Part shown: positions 20,259 through 29,774 of the stretch, one piece after another
How the letters are laid out: each line of letters starts with the position of its first letter
Numbering within the stretch: position 1 is the first letter of the stretch
From: Promethearchaeota archaeon
GTDB taxonomy: Archaea; Asgardarchaeota; Lokiarchaeia; Sigyniarchaeales; SOKP01
NCBI GenBank assembly: GCA_016839705.1
Contig: JAEOTR010000063.1
Location: 1 to 46,930, forward strand
Reading direction: 5' to 3'
Length of the DNA: 46,930 nt
The notes under the pieces: generated by a model
Database searches by the model: none
What the model was told of the DNA's origin: nothing
What the model saw: the letters and a program-made list of their open reading frames with translations, nothing else
Program-made: the position numbers and the translations under genes

Positions 20259-20813
20259 ATGAGTATTCCCTTTCGAAAATTTATAACTCGGGTAGGTCAG
20301 CATTCTGAATTTAAACCACTTAAGAATCGATTACTTAATTATTTAAAGCAAGAAAGCGAAAATAAGTACAAAAATTACCCGAGATTACTAGAGCTCATGA
20401 GGGGTTATTGGCCAAAATATCAATATAGATCCCGTATATCTCATCTTTTAACGGATTATCATGAAGAAATCTTTAGCTTTTATTTGAACTCATTCTTTCA
20501 CTTTCGAAAACGAGGGCTTTCTTATGAAGATCCAGAAGCACCTACTCCAGTTGACTTCAAACTGGTTTTCAAATATCACTATAACTCGAATGAAATTGGT
20601 GTGGTCGAGGATGTAATGAAGGAGTTAAATATTCAAGCTACAACCGAATCTATTCTAAAGAGAGTTTTTATATTTGCGATAAGTTCCTTTGGTTATATAG
20701 TCGAGCAAATATTTGGGAGACCTTTTGCTTTCCAATTTTTCGATATTTCTCTTAATTCTCTCCCCAACGATGAATGTGAAGTAGTAGCAATAATATCAGG
20801 AAGAGAACAATAA
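20259..20813 (+). CDS. Hypothetical protein
   Basis: 184-aa ORF with no recognised family. Confidence 0.6.
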   Translation: MSIPFRKFITRVGQHSEFKPLKNRLLNYLKQESENKYKNYPRLLELMRGYWPKYQYRSRISHLLTDYHEEIFSFYLNSFFHFRKRGLSYEDPEAPTPVDFKLVFKYHYNSNEIGVVEDVMKELNIQATTESILKRVFIFAISSFGYIVEQIFGRPFAFQFFDISLNSLPNDECEVVAIISGREQ

Positions 20814-20851
20814 TTTTTTCAATCTATTGATTTAATCTACTTAAGATCCAA

Positions 20852-21280
20852 TTATTCCTTTGTTAAAAATGACCCTAGATCCATGAGATCATCACCACGT
20901 TTAACTTGGATTTTGCTCTTAACACCTTTCGCTTTACGTTCTAAATGCATTACAACATCAACGGGGATTTTTCTTGGGACTCCGCCTTGTTGTCGAATAA
21001 TTGCAATTAAATAGTCAATATTTCGGATAACATCGGGACTGATTAACTCATTGTAGATAGCTTGGTAAACATTGGGTTCATTCGTCTTAATTTTACTCAA
21101 ATAACTATATGCTTCTGGAGCTAATACTACCTTTAGAACAAATTCAAGTTTATCTGAAATTGAAACGACCCTCTCCTTCGCTGCTTCTTGTTGCTTTTTA
21201 GCTTCGATCATCGCTTGCATTTTTCTCATACGTATTTTTTCTAACTCGTGCTGTTCAATGTCTTTATTGTTTTCATTCAT
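20852..21280 (-). CDS. PDCD5-like dsDNA-binding protein
   Basis: ELEKIRMRKMQAM, VLAPEAYSYLSKIK and terminal KIQVKR fit the PDCD5/MTH1615 pattern. Confidence 0.7.
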   Translation of the reverse strand: MNENNKDIEQHELEKIRMRKMQAMIEAKKQQEAAKERVVSISDKLEFVLKVVLAPEAYSYLSKIKTNEPNVYQAIYNELISPDVIRNIDYLIAIIRQQGGVPRKIPVDVVMHLERKAKGVKSKIQVKRGDDLMDLGSFLTKE

Positions 21281-21461
21281 TTTCTTCTAATTCTTACTAA
21301 TTTTTTCTTATGAGTGTCTAATTATTATAGGGTTATATTTTAGTAATAGTATGTAAAATTAAACCTCTATTAGTGATTAATGATTATTAAAATAATAATT
21401 TTTGGAAGCTATATTTTTACTTCCTGTTAACTCTAATAAAGAATTAGAATATTGATAATAA

Positions 21462-21616
21462 TGGTCCCTCCCCCCGGATTTGAGCCGGGGACCGTTCCCG
21501 ATTTGGTAGAAACGCACCAATATTCTCGGTTTCGGCTGACGTAACTTCATTAGCCATAAGCTTTAGTACGCGATATTATCTACAGCCGAGCACTCTGACC
21601 ACTGAGTTAGGGAGGG
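21462..21616 (-). tRNA. tRNA-Tyr(GTA) with two introns and encoded CCA
   Basis: Acceptor CCCTCCC/GGGAGGG with C1:G72 and A73, D stem ACTC/GAGT, anticodon stem CTCGG/CCGAG, anticodon at 21583-21581, T stem CCCGG/CCGGG. Removing 21579-21531 and 21524-21495 gives 76 nt. Confidence 0.9.
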
Positions 21617-21912
21617 GATATTTTTAAAATTAAATAGTAATGTAATTAATATATTTTTTATGGTTTTCTACAAGATTAGAAAGAATAATGATAAAGATCT
21701 ATTCCTTTTTTTTTTTGTACACACAAAATTCACTCTTTTGTTAATGAAAACTATTAAATTTGTTAACTATATAAGAATATTAAACAAAAATTTTCCCAAT
21801 AAAAAATACCAAAATACTTTTGTTGTGAAAAATTTTAATACTATAATAAATAGTTTTATAAAATTAGACTAGTATAACTACATCAATTTAAAAGGCTGAA
21901 TTTTATCAAAAG

Positions 21913-22431
21913 GTGAGAACCATCAGAGAAGAAACAGACTATACAGAATCGATCGAGGCCTACAAAAACGATCCCTTTGTTATTTTAGAACCATGGGGTA
22001 GGAGCATTGATCATTTACGCCTAACAATCATAGGAAAAAAGGGAACTCCATATGCAGAAGGGAAATTTGTATTTGAAATAAAATTTCCAGAAAATTATCC
22101 TTTTGCGCCCCCTTATGCCTACGCCGTTACCCTAATGTGGCATCCAAATATAGACTCCTCAATTCCTCCGGGTAAACTTAATATATGCTTGGATTTAATT
22201 AACCCAGATTTAGTCGGAAAGGTAGATGCAAGTACCGGGGCTTCAGGATGGACTCCTAGCAAAACTTTAACAAATATCATAGAAGCATTAAAAGGTATGA
22301 TGCACTACGAGGCTCCCTTCTTTAACCCAGGAGATCCTTTAAATCATGAAGCAGGAGAACAATACTTTCGAGCCTTAAAGAAGTTCGAGAGCAAGGCAAA
22401 GGCTTGGACAGACAAATATGCCCGAGATTGA
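21913..22431 (+). CDS. Ubiquitin-conjugating enzyme E2
   Basis: GTPYAEGKF, FPENYPFAPP, WHPNID, ICLDLI (catalytic Cys), WTPS, PLNHEA and AKAWTDKYA. Confidence 0.95.
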   Translation: MRTIREETDYTESIEAYKNDPFVILEPWGRSIDHLRLTIIGKKGTPYAEGKFVFEIKFPENYPFAPPYAYAVTLMWHPNIDSSIPPGKLNICLDLINPDLVGKVDASTGASGWTPSKTLTNIIEALKGMMHYEAPFFNPGDPLNHEAGEQYFRALKKFESKAKAWTDKYARD

Positions 22432-24070
22432 AGGTGTTTAATTACTTTTTATTTATTAATTTTATTGTTTTAAACATTTAAAATGATTTTAGTACTAAAT
22501 GAGATTTCATAAAGAATTAGAATCATTCTATCATCATTTAAATAAGCTTTAACCTTTCTTTCAGAAATAATTGATTTCCATATTAATCCGAATATGAAAA
22601 TTTTGATCTCTTTTTTATAGATAGTTATTTAATTAAAGAAATATCTAAATTTTATTCCAAAAAAAAAATAAAAATAAACCTTAAATAGAGGATCAAAATG
22701 ATTTTTCAATTAGGGGCAGTATTAATGGGACTCATCATTACCGCTATCTTAATTCCAATAATTATGTTTATTATTGGGGTTCTTGTTACCAGATGGTGGG
22801 CAGGGAAGAAGGGATGGGATGATTCCATGAAGTTAGCCCTGATAGTAAACGCTTTATGGTTTGTAATTGGGCTTGTAATAGGTTTGGCTTTGAGTTTTAC
22901 TGGTTTAGAAAATTGGATAGTTCAAATCATAAGTCTAATTATAAATATAATTCTTGGTGCACTCATCGTTAGCAAGATCTATGAAAAGGAAATGGGTGAA
23001 TCTCTTGTATTCGTAATTGTGATTCAAATTATACTATTCATCATTGCCTTAATCCTTGGTTTTATAATTGGAGCCATATTAGCCGTAGCCTTATTAGGAT
23101 TGATATTACCTTAAAAGTAAAATATAATAAAAAATCCTTTTTTTTTTTATTTAATCGTTCAAACATATCAGAATTGCTAATTAGCCAATTATTATTTAAA
23201 AATCGTCTGTTTTTTGAAAATAACCTTTTTGAAGTTTATTTGACCCTATTTTCTTCTCTTTTTTCTTTGAATAAAGAAATAATCTCTGGATTTAATTCTG
23301 AGATAAAAGGTGAAATTAAGATAGTATAATATCCTCTTGAGTCTTGGATTCAAGATGGAGAGATTATATAAAGTTGATCTTTAGTTCCTGTTTTTGCTGC
23401 ATAGAATACGCACAGTTCTTTTCCAAATCATGAAAACCTTTGATAGGATCAGTTTAATCATCAATCTAGATTTGTTTTAAAAAATAAATATTTTTAAAAA
23501 TGATTTGATTTAAGAAAATATCTATGTCAAAAGTAAATACATTGATTAAAAAATCGAAGGGATTAAAAGCTAATTATATCGACCAGACGAAATTTGATAT
23601 ATCTTCATTTAAGGGGGATTTAGCCGAAAAAGCGTCAAAAATTTTACCAAAAATGTTTAAATGTATTCAAAAAGCTAGAAGAGATTACAGGGAAAAAATG
23701 AAAAATCTCCCAACAGAGATCCAAAAAGCACCCCCGGAGTTGTGGAATGAAATTGTTGAAAAAGCAGAGTCCTTAGGGATTGATCTTATTGGTTTTGCTC
23801 CCATTGATGATAATCTAATTTTTGAGAATGACTATGTCGGGGGAATCGACTTCTTATATGAAAATGGTATCGTATTAGGGATGGAAATGGATTATAATGC
23901 AATTAACACAGCTCCTGATCCCCTGCTGGTTTAGAATCTTTAAGAATATACGCTGAATTAGGCGAGGCTACTAATAAATTAGCAGATTTCATCAGGTCTA
24001 AAGGATTTAGAGCTATTGCATGTCATCCATTAGGTGGACCAATCCTTTATCCTGCCATGGCAGTTAAAGC
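22402..24070 (+). repeat. Direct repeat copy A (~1.7 kb)
   Basis: Aligns with 25227-26900. Identical blocks are 22402-22523 = 25227-25348 (122 bp) and 23422-23520 = 26250-26348 (99 bp). The rest is diverged. Confidence 0.92.
22698..23114 (+). CDS. Four-TM membrane protein, copy A
   Basis: Hydrophobic, and a paralog of 25523-25936. Confidence 0.8.
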   Translation: MIFQLGAVLMGLIITAILIPIIMFIIGVLVTRWWAGKKGWDDSMKLALIVNALWFVIGLVIGLALSFTGLENWIVQIISLIINIILGALIVSKIYEKEMGESLVFVIVIQIILFIIALILGFIIGAILAVALLGLILP

Positions 24071-24146
24071 TAAGATGGGGGAAATTGGGAGACAAGGGAT
24101 TTTAATCACCAAAAAATTTCATCAAGAATTAAGCACTAGAAATTAG
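23524..24146 (+). pseudogene. Reductive dehalogenase/QueG-like cobalamin Fe-S protein, frameshifted and truncated
   Basis: LGIDLIGFA and IVLGMEMD. One base is missing in the C-run at about 23920. The other frame continues YAELGEATNKLADFIRSKGFRA..AVKAKMGEIGRQGILITKKF and stops before the Fe-S motifs. Confidence 0.8.
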
Positions 24147-24177
24147 AAAAAAAAAAATGATTTTAGGAGATTTAATT

Positions 24178-24450
24178 TCACGAAAATAATCCGCCTAATA
24201 AACCTGCTAATAGAGTCAAGAGTATAATTGGAAAAAGAACCCACAGTATTAACGTAATAATTCCAAGTATCAGTCCTCCAGTGCCTAAACCTTTTGAATC
24301 ATCTACAATAATCCCAATTACGCCAAAAACTATTGCCGCGATCGCTAAGATAAGAGGTATTATGGGGTAGAAAAACCAAATCGTAAGTATTGCTCCTACC
24401 CCAGCAAGTAAACCAATAATTCCAAATATTTTTCCCAATATTTGCACCAT
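24178..24450 (-). CDS. Small membrane protein (DUF4190-like)
   Basis: Three hydrophobic helices with AIVFGVIG and GGLILGII. Confidence 0.65.
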   Translation of the reverse strand: MVQILGKIFGIIGLLAGVGAILTIWFFYPIIPLILAIAAIVFGVIGIIVDDSKGLGTGGLILGIITLILWVLFPIILLTLLAGLLGGLFS

Positions 24451-24616
24451 TTATTTAATTTTTTATAGGTAACACTTTGAAAGTGTATGATATTAATGGG
24501 ACCATGAATTATATAAATTTATTTTTTAAATTTAAATACGAAAAATTTAGAAACTCCTCTTACTCAATTATTATCTCTTCTCTTCTTGAATTTATGTTAC
24601 TATAATTTATCTATTA

Positions 24617-25105
24617 TTGGCGGCTATCTTGGCTATAGTAACTGCGTTACAATTAAAGAAGAAAACACGGGAATTAGCAGATATAAAAACTAAATCTATT
24701 GCTGCGAGATTGTTATTCATTACGGCTGAAATATTGTGGCTTATTATGGTTTCTTTGTTCTTCCCAATAGGAAGATTTCTTGGACCTCCTGAAATAGGTA
24801 TGACCTATACTTTTTGGTCAGTTAATTTCTTGTTTTTATCGATTCCTCTTCATACTGTGGGATTTGGAGTTATTGGGGGTTTCTTGTCAGCAGTTTTATC
24901 TCTTATTGGTACGGGTGCAGCAAGTTATTACTCAAAACCACGATCAACGAAAACTACTACTGAGAAAGAACTCGACCCACCTAAAAAAAAAGAAACTTCT
25001 TCAACTGAGTCAACCATAAAATTTTGCCCTGAATGTGGGTCAGAATTAAAACCACCTCTTCCAAAATTTTGTGGTGACTGTGGGTATGAATTAGAAAAAG
25101 GTTAA
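24617..25105 (+). CDS. Membrane protein with C-terminal zinc ribbon, possibly 5'-truncated
   Basis: TM segments and FCPECG..KFCGDCG. The TTG start falls within a hydrophobic segment. Confidence 0.7.
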   Translation: MAAILAIVTALQLKKKTRELADIKTKSIAARLLFITAEILWLIMVSLFFPIGRFLGPPEIGMTYTFWSVNFLFLSIPLHTVGFGVIGGFLSAVLSLIGTGAASYYSKPRSTKTTTEKELDPPKKKETSSTESTIKFCPECGSELKPPLPKFCGDCGYELEKG

Positions 25106-25226
25106 AAATTAAATTTTTCTTTTTTAAATTACTTTTATGTTTATCTAAGTCTGTAAGTTCTTTTACATAAACATTTTTAAAAATAATTTGATTTTAGAAA
25201 ATAGTATAGTTAAGAGTGAGTATGTT

Positions 25227-26900
25227 GCTTGGACAGACAAATATGCCCGAGATTGAAGGTGTTTAATTACTTTTTATTTATTAATTTTATTGTTTTAAAC
25301 ATTTAAAATGATTTTAGTACTAAATGAGATTTCATAAAGAATTAGAATGATTCTATCTTCATTAAAATAAGTTTTAATCTTTCGACCAAAAAAACCTGAT
25401 TTCCCTATTAATCCGAATATGAAAATTTTGATCTCTTTAATATAGATTGTTATTTAATAATAGAAATGTCTAAAATTTGTTCTAAAAAAGTTATAAAAAT
25501 AATTCTTAAATAAAGGATTAAAATGATTTTTCAATTTGGAGAATTATTAATAGGACGTCTCATTACCGCTATCTTAATTCCAATAATTATGTTCATTATT
25601 GGGATTCTTGTTACCAGATGGAGGGCAGAGAAGAAGTATTGGAATGATTCCATGAAGTTAAACCTCATTGTAAACGCTTTATGGTTTGTAATAGGTCTTG
25701 TAATAGGTGTAGCATTGGGTTTTACAGGTTTAGCAAATTGGATAAGTCAAATAATAAGTTTAATTATAAATGTAATTCTTGGGACACTAATCGTTAGCAA
25801 GATCTATGAAAAGGAAATGGGTGAGTCTCTTGTATTCGTAATTGTGATTCTAATTATATTATACATCATTGTTATTATCCTTAGTCTTATAGTTGAACCC
25901 GTATTAAACTTAGCCCTTGTAGGATGGTTTTTATAAAAAATTATAAATAATTCCCGTTTTTTTATTCATCTGTACTTATCAGAATTGCTAATTAACCAAT
26001 TATCTTTCAACTATTCGTCTGCTTTTTTAAAGTGAGCTTTTTGTAGTTAACCTAAACCTATTTTCTTCTCTTTTTTCTTTTAATGAAATTGTACTGATGA
26101 GATTTGTAGATTTTTGAATTTAATTCTGAGATAAAAGGTGAAATTCGTATAGTGAAATATCCTCTTGAGTCTTAAACTAAAGATAGAGAGATTATATACA
26201 GTTGATCTTTAATTCTTGTTACTGCTACATTGAATACACACAGTTTTTATCCAAATCATGAAAACCTTTGATAGGATCAGTTTAATCATCAATCTAGATT
26301 TGTTTTAAAAAATAAATATTTTTAAAAATGATTTGATTTAAGAAAATAGTTCAGTTAAGAGTGAGTACATTGCTTTAAAAATCAAAGGGAAAAAGAACTA
26401 AATATATCGACCAGACTAAATTTGATATTTCTTCATTTTCAGGTATTTTAGCCGAAAAAGCGTCAAAGGTATTGCCAAAAATGTTTAAGAGTATTCAAAA
26501 AGCGAGAAGAGATTACAAATTAGAGGTGAAAAATCCCCCTGATGAGATCCAAGATGCACCCCAAGAGTTTTGGAATAAAATTATTGAGAAATCTAAGTCT
26601 TTAGGGATTGATCTTATAGGTTTTGCTGCTATCGATGAAAATTTAATTTTTGAGCAGGATTATGTTGGAGGAATTGAAACATTATATGAAAATGGAATTG
26701 TATTAGGGATGGAAATGGATTATGAAGCTATTAATTGTACTCCAGAACCTCCAGCGGGTTTAGAATCTTTACGGATTTATGCTGAATTAGGAGAAGCTAC
26801 GAATATATTGACATACTTTATACGGTCTAAAGGTTATAGAGCAATAGCTTGTCATCCCTTAGGTGGTCCAATTCTTTTTCCCGCGTTGACTGTCAAGGCG
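25227..26900 (+). repeat. Direct repeat copy B, beginning with the last 30 nt of the E2 gene
   Basis: Starts gcttggacagacaaatatgcccgagattga, which encodes AWTDKYARD*. Confidence 0.92.
25523..25936 (+). CDS. Four-TM membrane protein, copy B
   Basis: Paralog of 22698-23114. Confidence 0.8.
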   Translation: MIFQFGELLIGRLITAILIPIIMFIIGILVTRWRAEKKYWNDSMKLNLIVNALWFVIGLVIGVALGFTGLANWISQIISLIINVILGTLIVSKIYEKEMGESLVFVIVILIILYIIVIILSLIVEPVLNLALVGWFL

Positions 26901-26939
26901 ATATTTAAAAAAATATTATCTATTTATCTAAGAAAATAA
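26352..26939 (+). pseudogene. Reductive dehalogenase/QueG-like pseudogene, copy B
   Basis: Relative to copy A, ATG is replaced by CAG (26352) and AAA by TAA (26376). Similarity ends after VKA and no Fe-S motifs follow. Confidence 0.8.
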
Positions 26940-27013
26940 TAAAAATTTACATATTATTTGATAAAAAAAGAAATTGAATAAAAATACTTGAGAAATTTAG
27001 TGGATAAAAGTAG

Positions 27014-27796
27014 TTACTTCATAAGGTCTTGAACTTCGTTTAACTTAATCCCTATATTCAACCACCCCCCAATTACATTACCAAATAGAGATGGTGTAAA
27101 CAGTATCCGAGTTTCTCTGTTTATCATTGTAGTATGAAACGCTTCAAGACTCATACCCAATTCGGTCAGACGATACCACTTGTTAACTTTTAGGAAGGGA
27201 ATCTCTAATTCTTCATTCAAATGTATGGTCTTCCACGTTTTGTAATGTTTGACACCGGGTAGTTGCTTACCTTCACGAGTATGATGCCCAAGATACCAGT
27301 CTTCACCAAACTCAGCGGGAATTTTAGGATTGTATAGAAGACAATAACTATCTATGAAAATTTCGGCGTTCTCGTCGACTCTGGGTCTGCCATTCCGCCA
27401 CCAGAGCGGTAACGTCATATACTTATATTGTTGCTGTGGTGCATCCCGAAGAAGATCGAATTGAGGTTCTTCTGGGAGGAGCATACACTCAAATTCCTTG
27501 AATCCCGGTTTTCCTTCTACAGAGGAATTCCAGAGTTCCAGATCAGTCTTCATTGCATTTTGCCATGCCTTTACATCCTTGAATCCCAATTCACTCCTAC
27601 GAACGTATTGATTGAAGGGTGTTGGCGAGGCAGGATGAGGGAAGGGGATTTCAGGATCGATTGATCGCCATGATAGGTAATGAAGCACACCTGGAAGGCT
27701 TCTAGCTCGAGGAACATGCTCATTCAGATACCAAGTCTCCCCATCTTCGATTGAAATGTTAGCAGTATAGTTAAAGAGATGAACGAATCTTATCAT
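27014..27796 (-). CDS. Tandem EthD-like dimeric alpha/beta-barrel protein
   Basis: WYLNEHVPRARSLPGVLHY and WYLGHHTREGKQLPGVKHY. Confidence 0.7.
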   Translation of the reverse strand: MIRFVHLFNYTANISIEDGETWYLNEHVPRARSLPGVLHYLSWRSIDPEIPFPHPASPTPFNQYVRRSELGFKDVKAWQNAMKTDLELWNSSVEGKPGFKEFECMLLPEEPQFDLLRDAPQQQYKYMTLPLWWRNGRPRVDENAEIFIDSYCLLYNPKIPAEFGEDWYLGHHTREGKQLPGVKHYKTWKTIHLNEELEIPFLKVNKWYRLTELGMSLEAFHTTMINRETRILFTPSLFGNVIGGWLNIGIKLNEVQDLMK

Positions 27797-28034
27797 TATA
27801 GTAAAACCTCCGATGCTATATTTATAGATTTAAAATCTTTAAATTAGACAAATCCATCTTTTAAAGATAATATTTCAATTAAAAAATTCTTCTTATTAAA
27901 TTTAAAATTATTAATATGTTCGTATTCTATGCATTTTATTTTAAATCTTTTGCTAATATTTAGCATAGTTTAGAATGAATGATGGATTTCTGTGCTTTAA
28001 TCATCATTATCAAAATTCTAAAAATAAATACGAA

Positions 28035-29618
28035 CTACATAAAAGCAATTACAACATTATATTTCTTAATTTCCGATTCTGCTAAGGCTTTCCCTAGTGG
28101 GCTTAAAGTTACAATATCATTGCTTTTTATTTTTAGAGAAGTCAATTTGATATCTGGGTCTTTTAGTGAAGGCATATAAGGGTTCCAATAAATTTCTTTA
28201 GTCATCGGATTGGTGATCATCCATAATTCCGGATCTAATTTATGTGCTGAAATTTCCATTGCTTTGAAAATATAACCAACATCTGCATCAAAAGGTACAA
28301 CAAGTTGAACATTCTCCTCACCTTCAATTTTGCCACAAGCGAGACAATCATCTCTTTTTAAAACATGGAGATGATCAAATTGACCATAGATCCCATTGTA
28401 ATTAACATATGGTGGTTCCATTGGATCTCCGATATTTCGGCCCTTAACCCTGAATAAAAGTTTAAGAGCTTCTTGAGATTCGATACTGGAGATAATAGAG
28501 CTAACTGTTTGGATTGCTGCAATTTTATTTCCTAGAATATTTTCCATTTCTTCGAATTTATAGTCTGGTCCAAATGTTTCATTGATATTAGTCTTCCAAT
28601 CTTCAATTTCTTTTTCAGTTAAGGATTCTCTCTCTCCTTCGGCAATATTCTCATTAAATACTCTTTCTCTTAATTTTTCTAATTCAATTTGAGCAATTTC
28701 TTTTAGTTTAAGAACTTCATCATTTAAATTGAGATCTGGTTTATGCCCATACTCTTTTTCGAATTCAACCTCTGCTTTTATTACGCAATGATTTCTATTA
28801 CGAGGTAATCCTTTTAAAGTACAAGCTGCGACTAATTTATCATCAGCAGGGGGAATTGGTACTAAACACCTATAACATGGTGTTTGATCTAAAACTTCTG
28901 GAGCATATTTCCAATCAAAAACCATCTCAATTTCTTTCCTAATTTTTCTAATGACAGGGTTTATGTCTTTTTCTTTGATTCGTTCAATTTCTTCTTCTAA
29001 TTCCTCTATTCTTGTTTGAGCTTTGAAGTATTCAGGATATCCCATTTCATTAATATCCCATATCCTCGCTTCTACCATATTTTCGATTTCCCTTTCTCTG
29101 TTCTTATAATTTATCCCTGAACCTTCAGGAATTACAATTTGAACATGCCCCTCAAATCCAACTGTCCCTCCCTCTACCATTGGTTTCTTCATTCTAAGGC
29201 AAATTTTATTTAAGTCTAATCTTGCGTTAAAATTATCTAAAGCGGCGATAACCACATCTGATTCTTCATAGACCGACATTGGTAATTTTTGAAGTTTTTC
29301 AAAATAGAAATCCACATTTAGATACGGATTCATTTCTTTTAACCGTTCGGCTGCAACTTCCGCTTTAGACCTTCCTTCATCTCCGGGTCTAAAGAGCATT
29401 TGTCTCGATAAATTTGAAGTCTCGATTGTATCTAAATCGATCAAAATAAGCTTACCAATACCCATTAGCGTGAAGTCTTTAGCAATTTCGCATCCCAACG
29501 CTCCGATTCCTACAATCATAATGCATCCATTTGAGATAATTGATTGATCCCATCCTTCGATGAGTTGCTGCCTTGCATACATTCGCGACTTGACAATATC
29601 TTCAATTTTTTCTGTCAT
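28035..29618 (-). CDS. Ubiquitin-like-activating enzyme E1 (ThiF family, UBA3-like architecture)
   Basis: YARQ, VGIGALGCE, DLDTIETSNLSRQMLF, ALDNFNAR, PCYRC, ACTLKGLPRNRNHC (catalytic Cys motif), CLAC and a C-terminal probable ubiquitin-fold domain. Confidence 0.93.
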   Translation of the reverse strand: MTEKIEDIVKSRMYARQQLIEGWDQSIISNGCIMIVGIGALGCEIAKDFTLMGIGKLILIDLDTIETSNLSRQMLFRPGDEGRSKAEVAAERLKEMNPYLNVDFYFEKLQKLPMSVYEESDVVIAALDNFNARLDLNKICLRMKKPMVEGGTVGFEGHVQIVIPEGSGINYKNREREIENMVEARIWDINEMGYPEYFKAQTRIEELEEEIERIKEKDINPVIRKIRKEIEMVFDWKYAPEVLDQTPCYRCLVPIPPADDKLVAACTLKGLPRNRNHCVIKAEVEFEKEYGHKPDLNLNDEVLKLKEIAQIELEKLRERVFNENIAEGERESLTEKEIEDWKTNINETFGPDYKFEEMENILGNKIAAIQTVSSIISSIESQEALKLLFRVKGRNIGDPMEPPYVNYNGIYGQFDHLHVLKRDDCLACGKIEGEENVQLVVPFDADVGYIFKAMEISAHKLDPELWMITNPMTKEIYWNPYMPSLKDPDIKLTSLKIKSNDIVTLSPLGKALAESEIKKYNVVIAFM

Positions 29619-29774
29619 TCAAAAATCCTCAGTTTTTATAAACATACTATAATAATTTTATTTTCGAAATTTAAACTCTTTGAGTTTAGAATTTAGAGTA
29701 TAAGGATGTAATAATATTTAAAACTAATTTAAAACTAGTATTAGAATTTATTTATTATATAGTTCTTTTTGGGC

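Noticed and set aside
21660-21872. 70-aa ORF between the tRNA and E2
   Set aside because: Low-complexity AT-rich promoter DNA with no ubiquitin-like features or di-Gly end.
23215-23432. Minus-strand frame AAKTGTKDQLYIISPILNPRLKRIL, faintly like a QueG/RdhA segment
   Set aside because: No start codon, indels between the two copies and similarity too weak to support by eye.
23915-23934. Programmed frameshift or TAG readthrough in the dehalogenase-like gene
   Set aside because: No slippery heptamer, and the gene is truncated downstream anyway.
21462-27800. Provirus or integrative element at tRNA-Tyr
   Set aside because: No integrase, transposase or duplicated tRNA 3' end was found.
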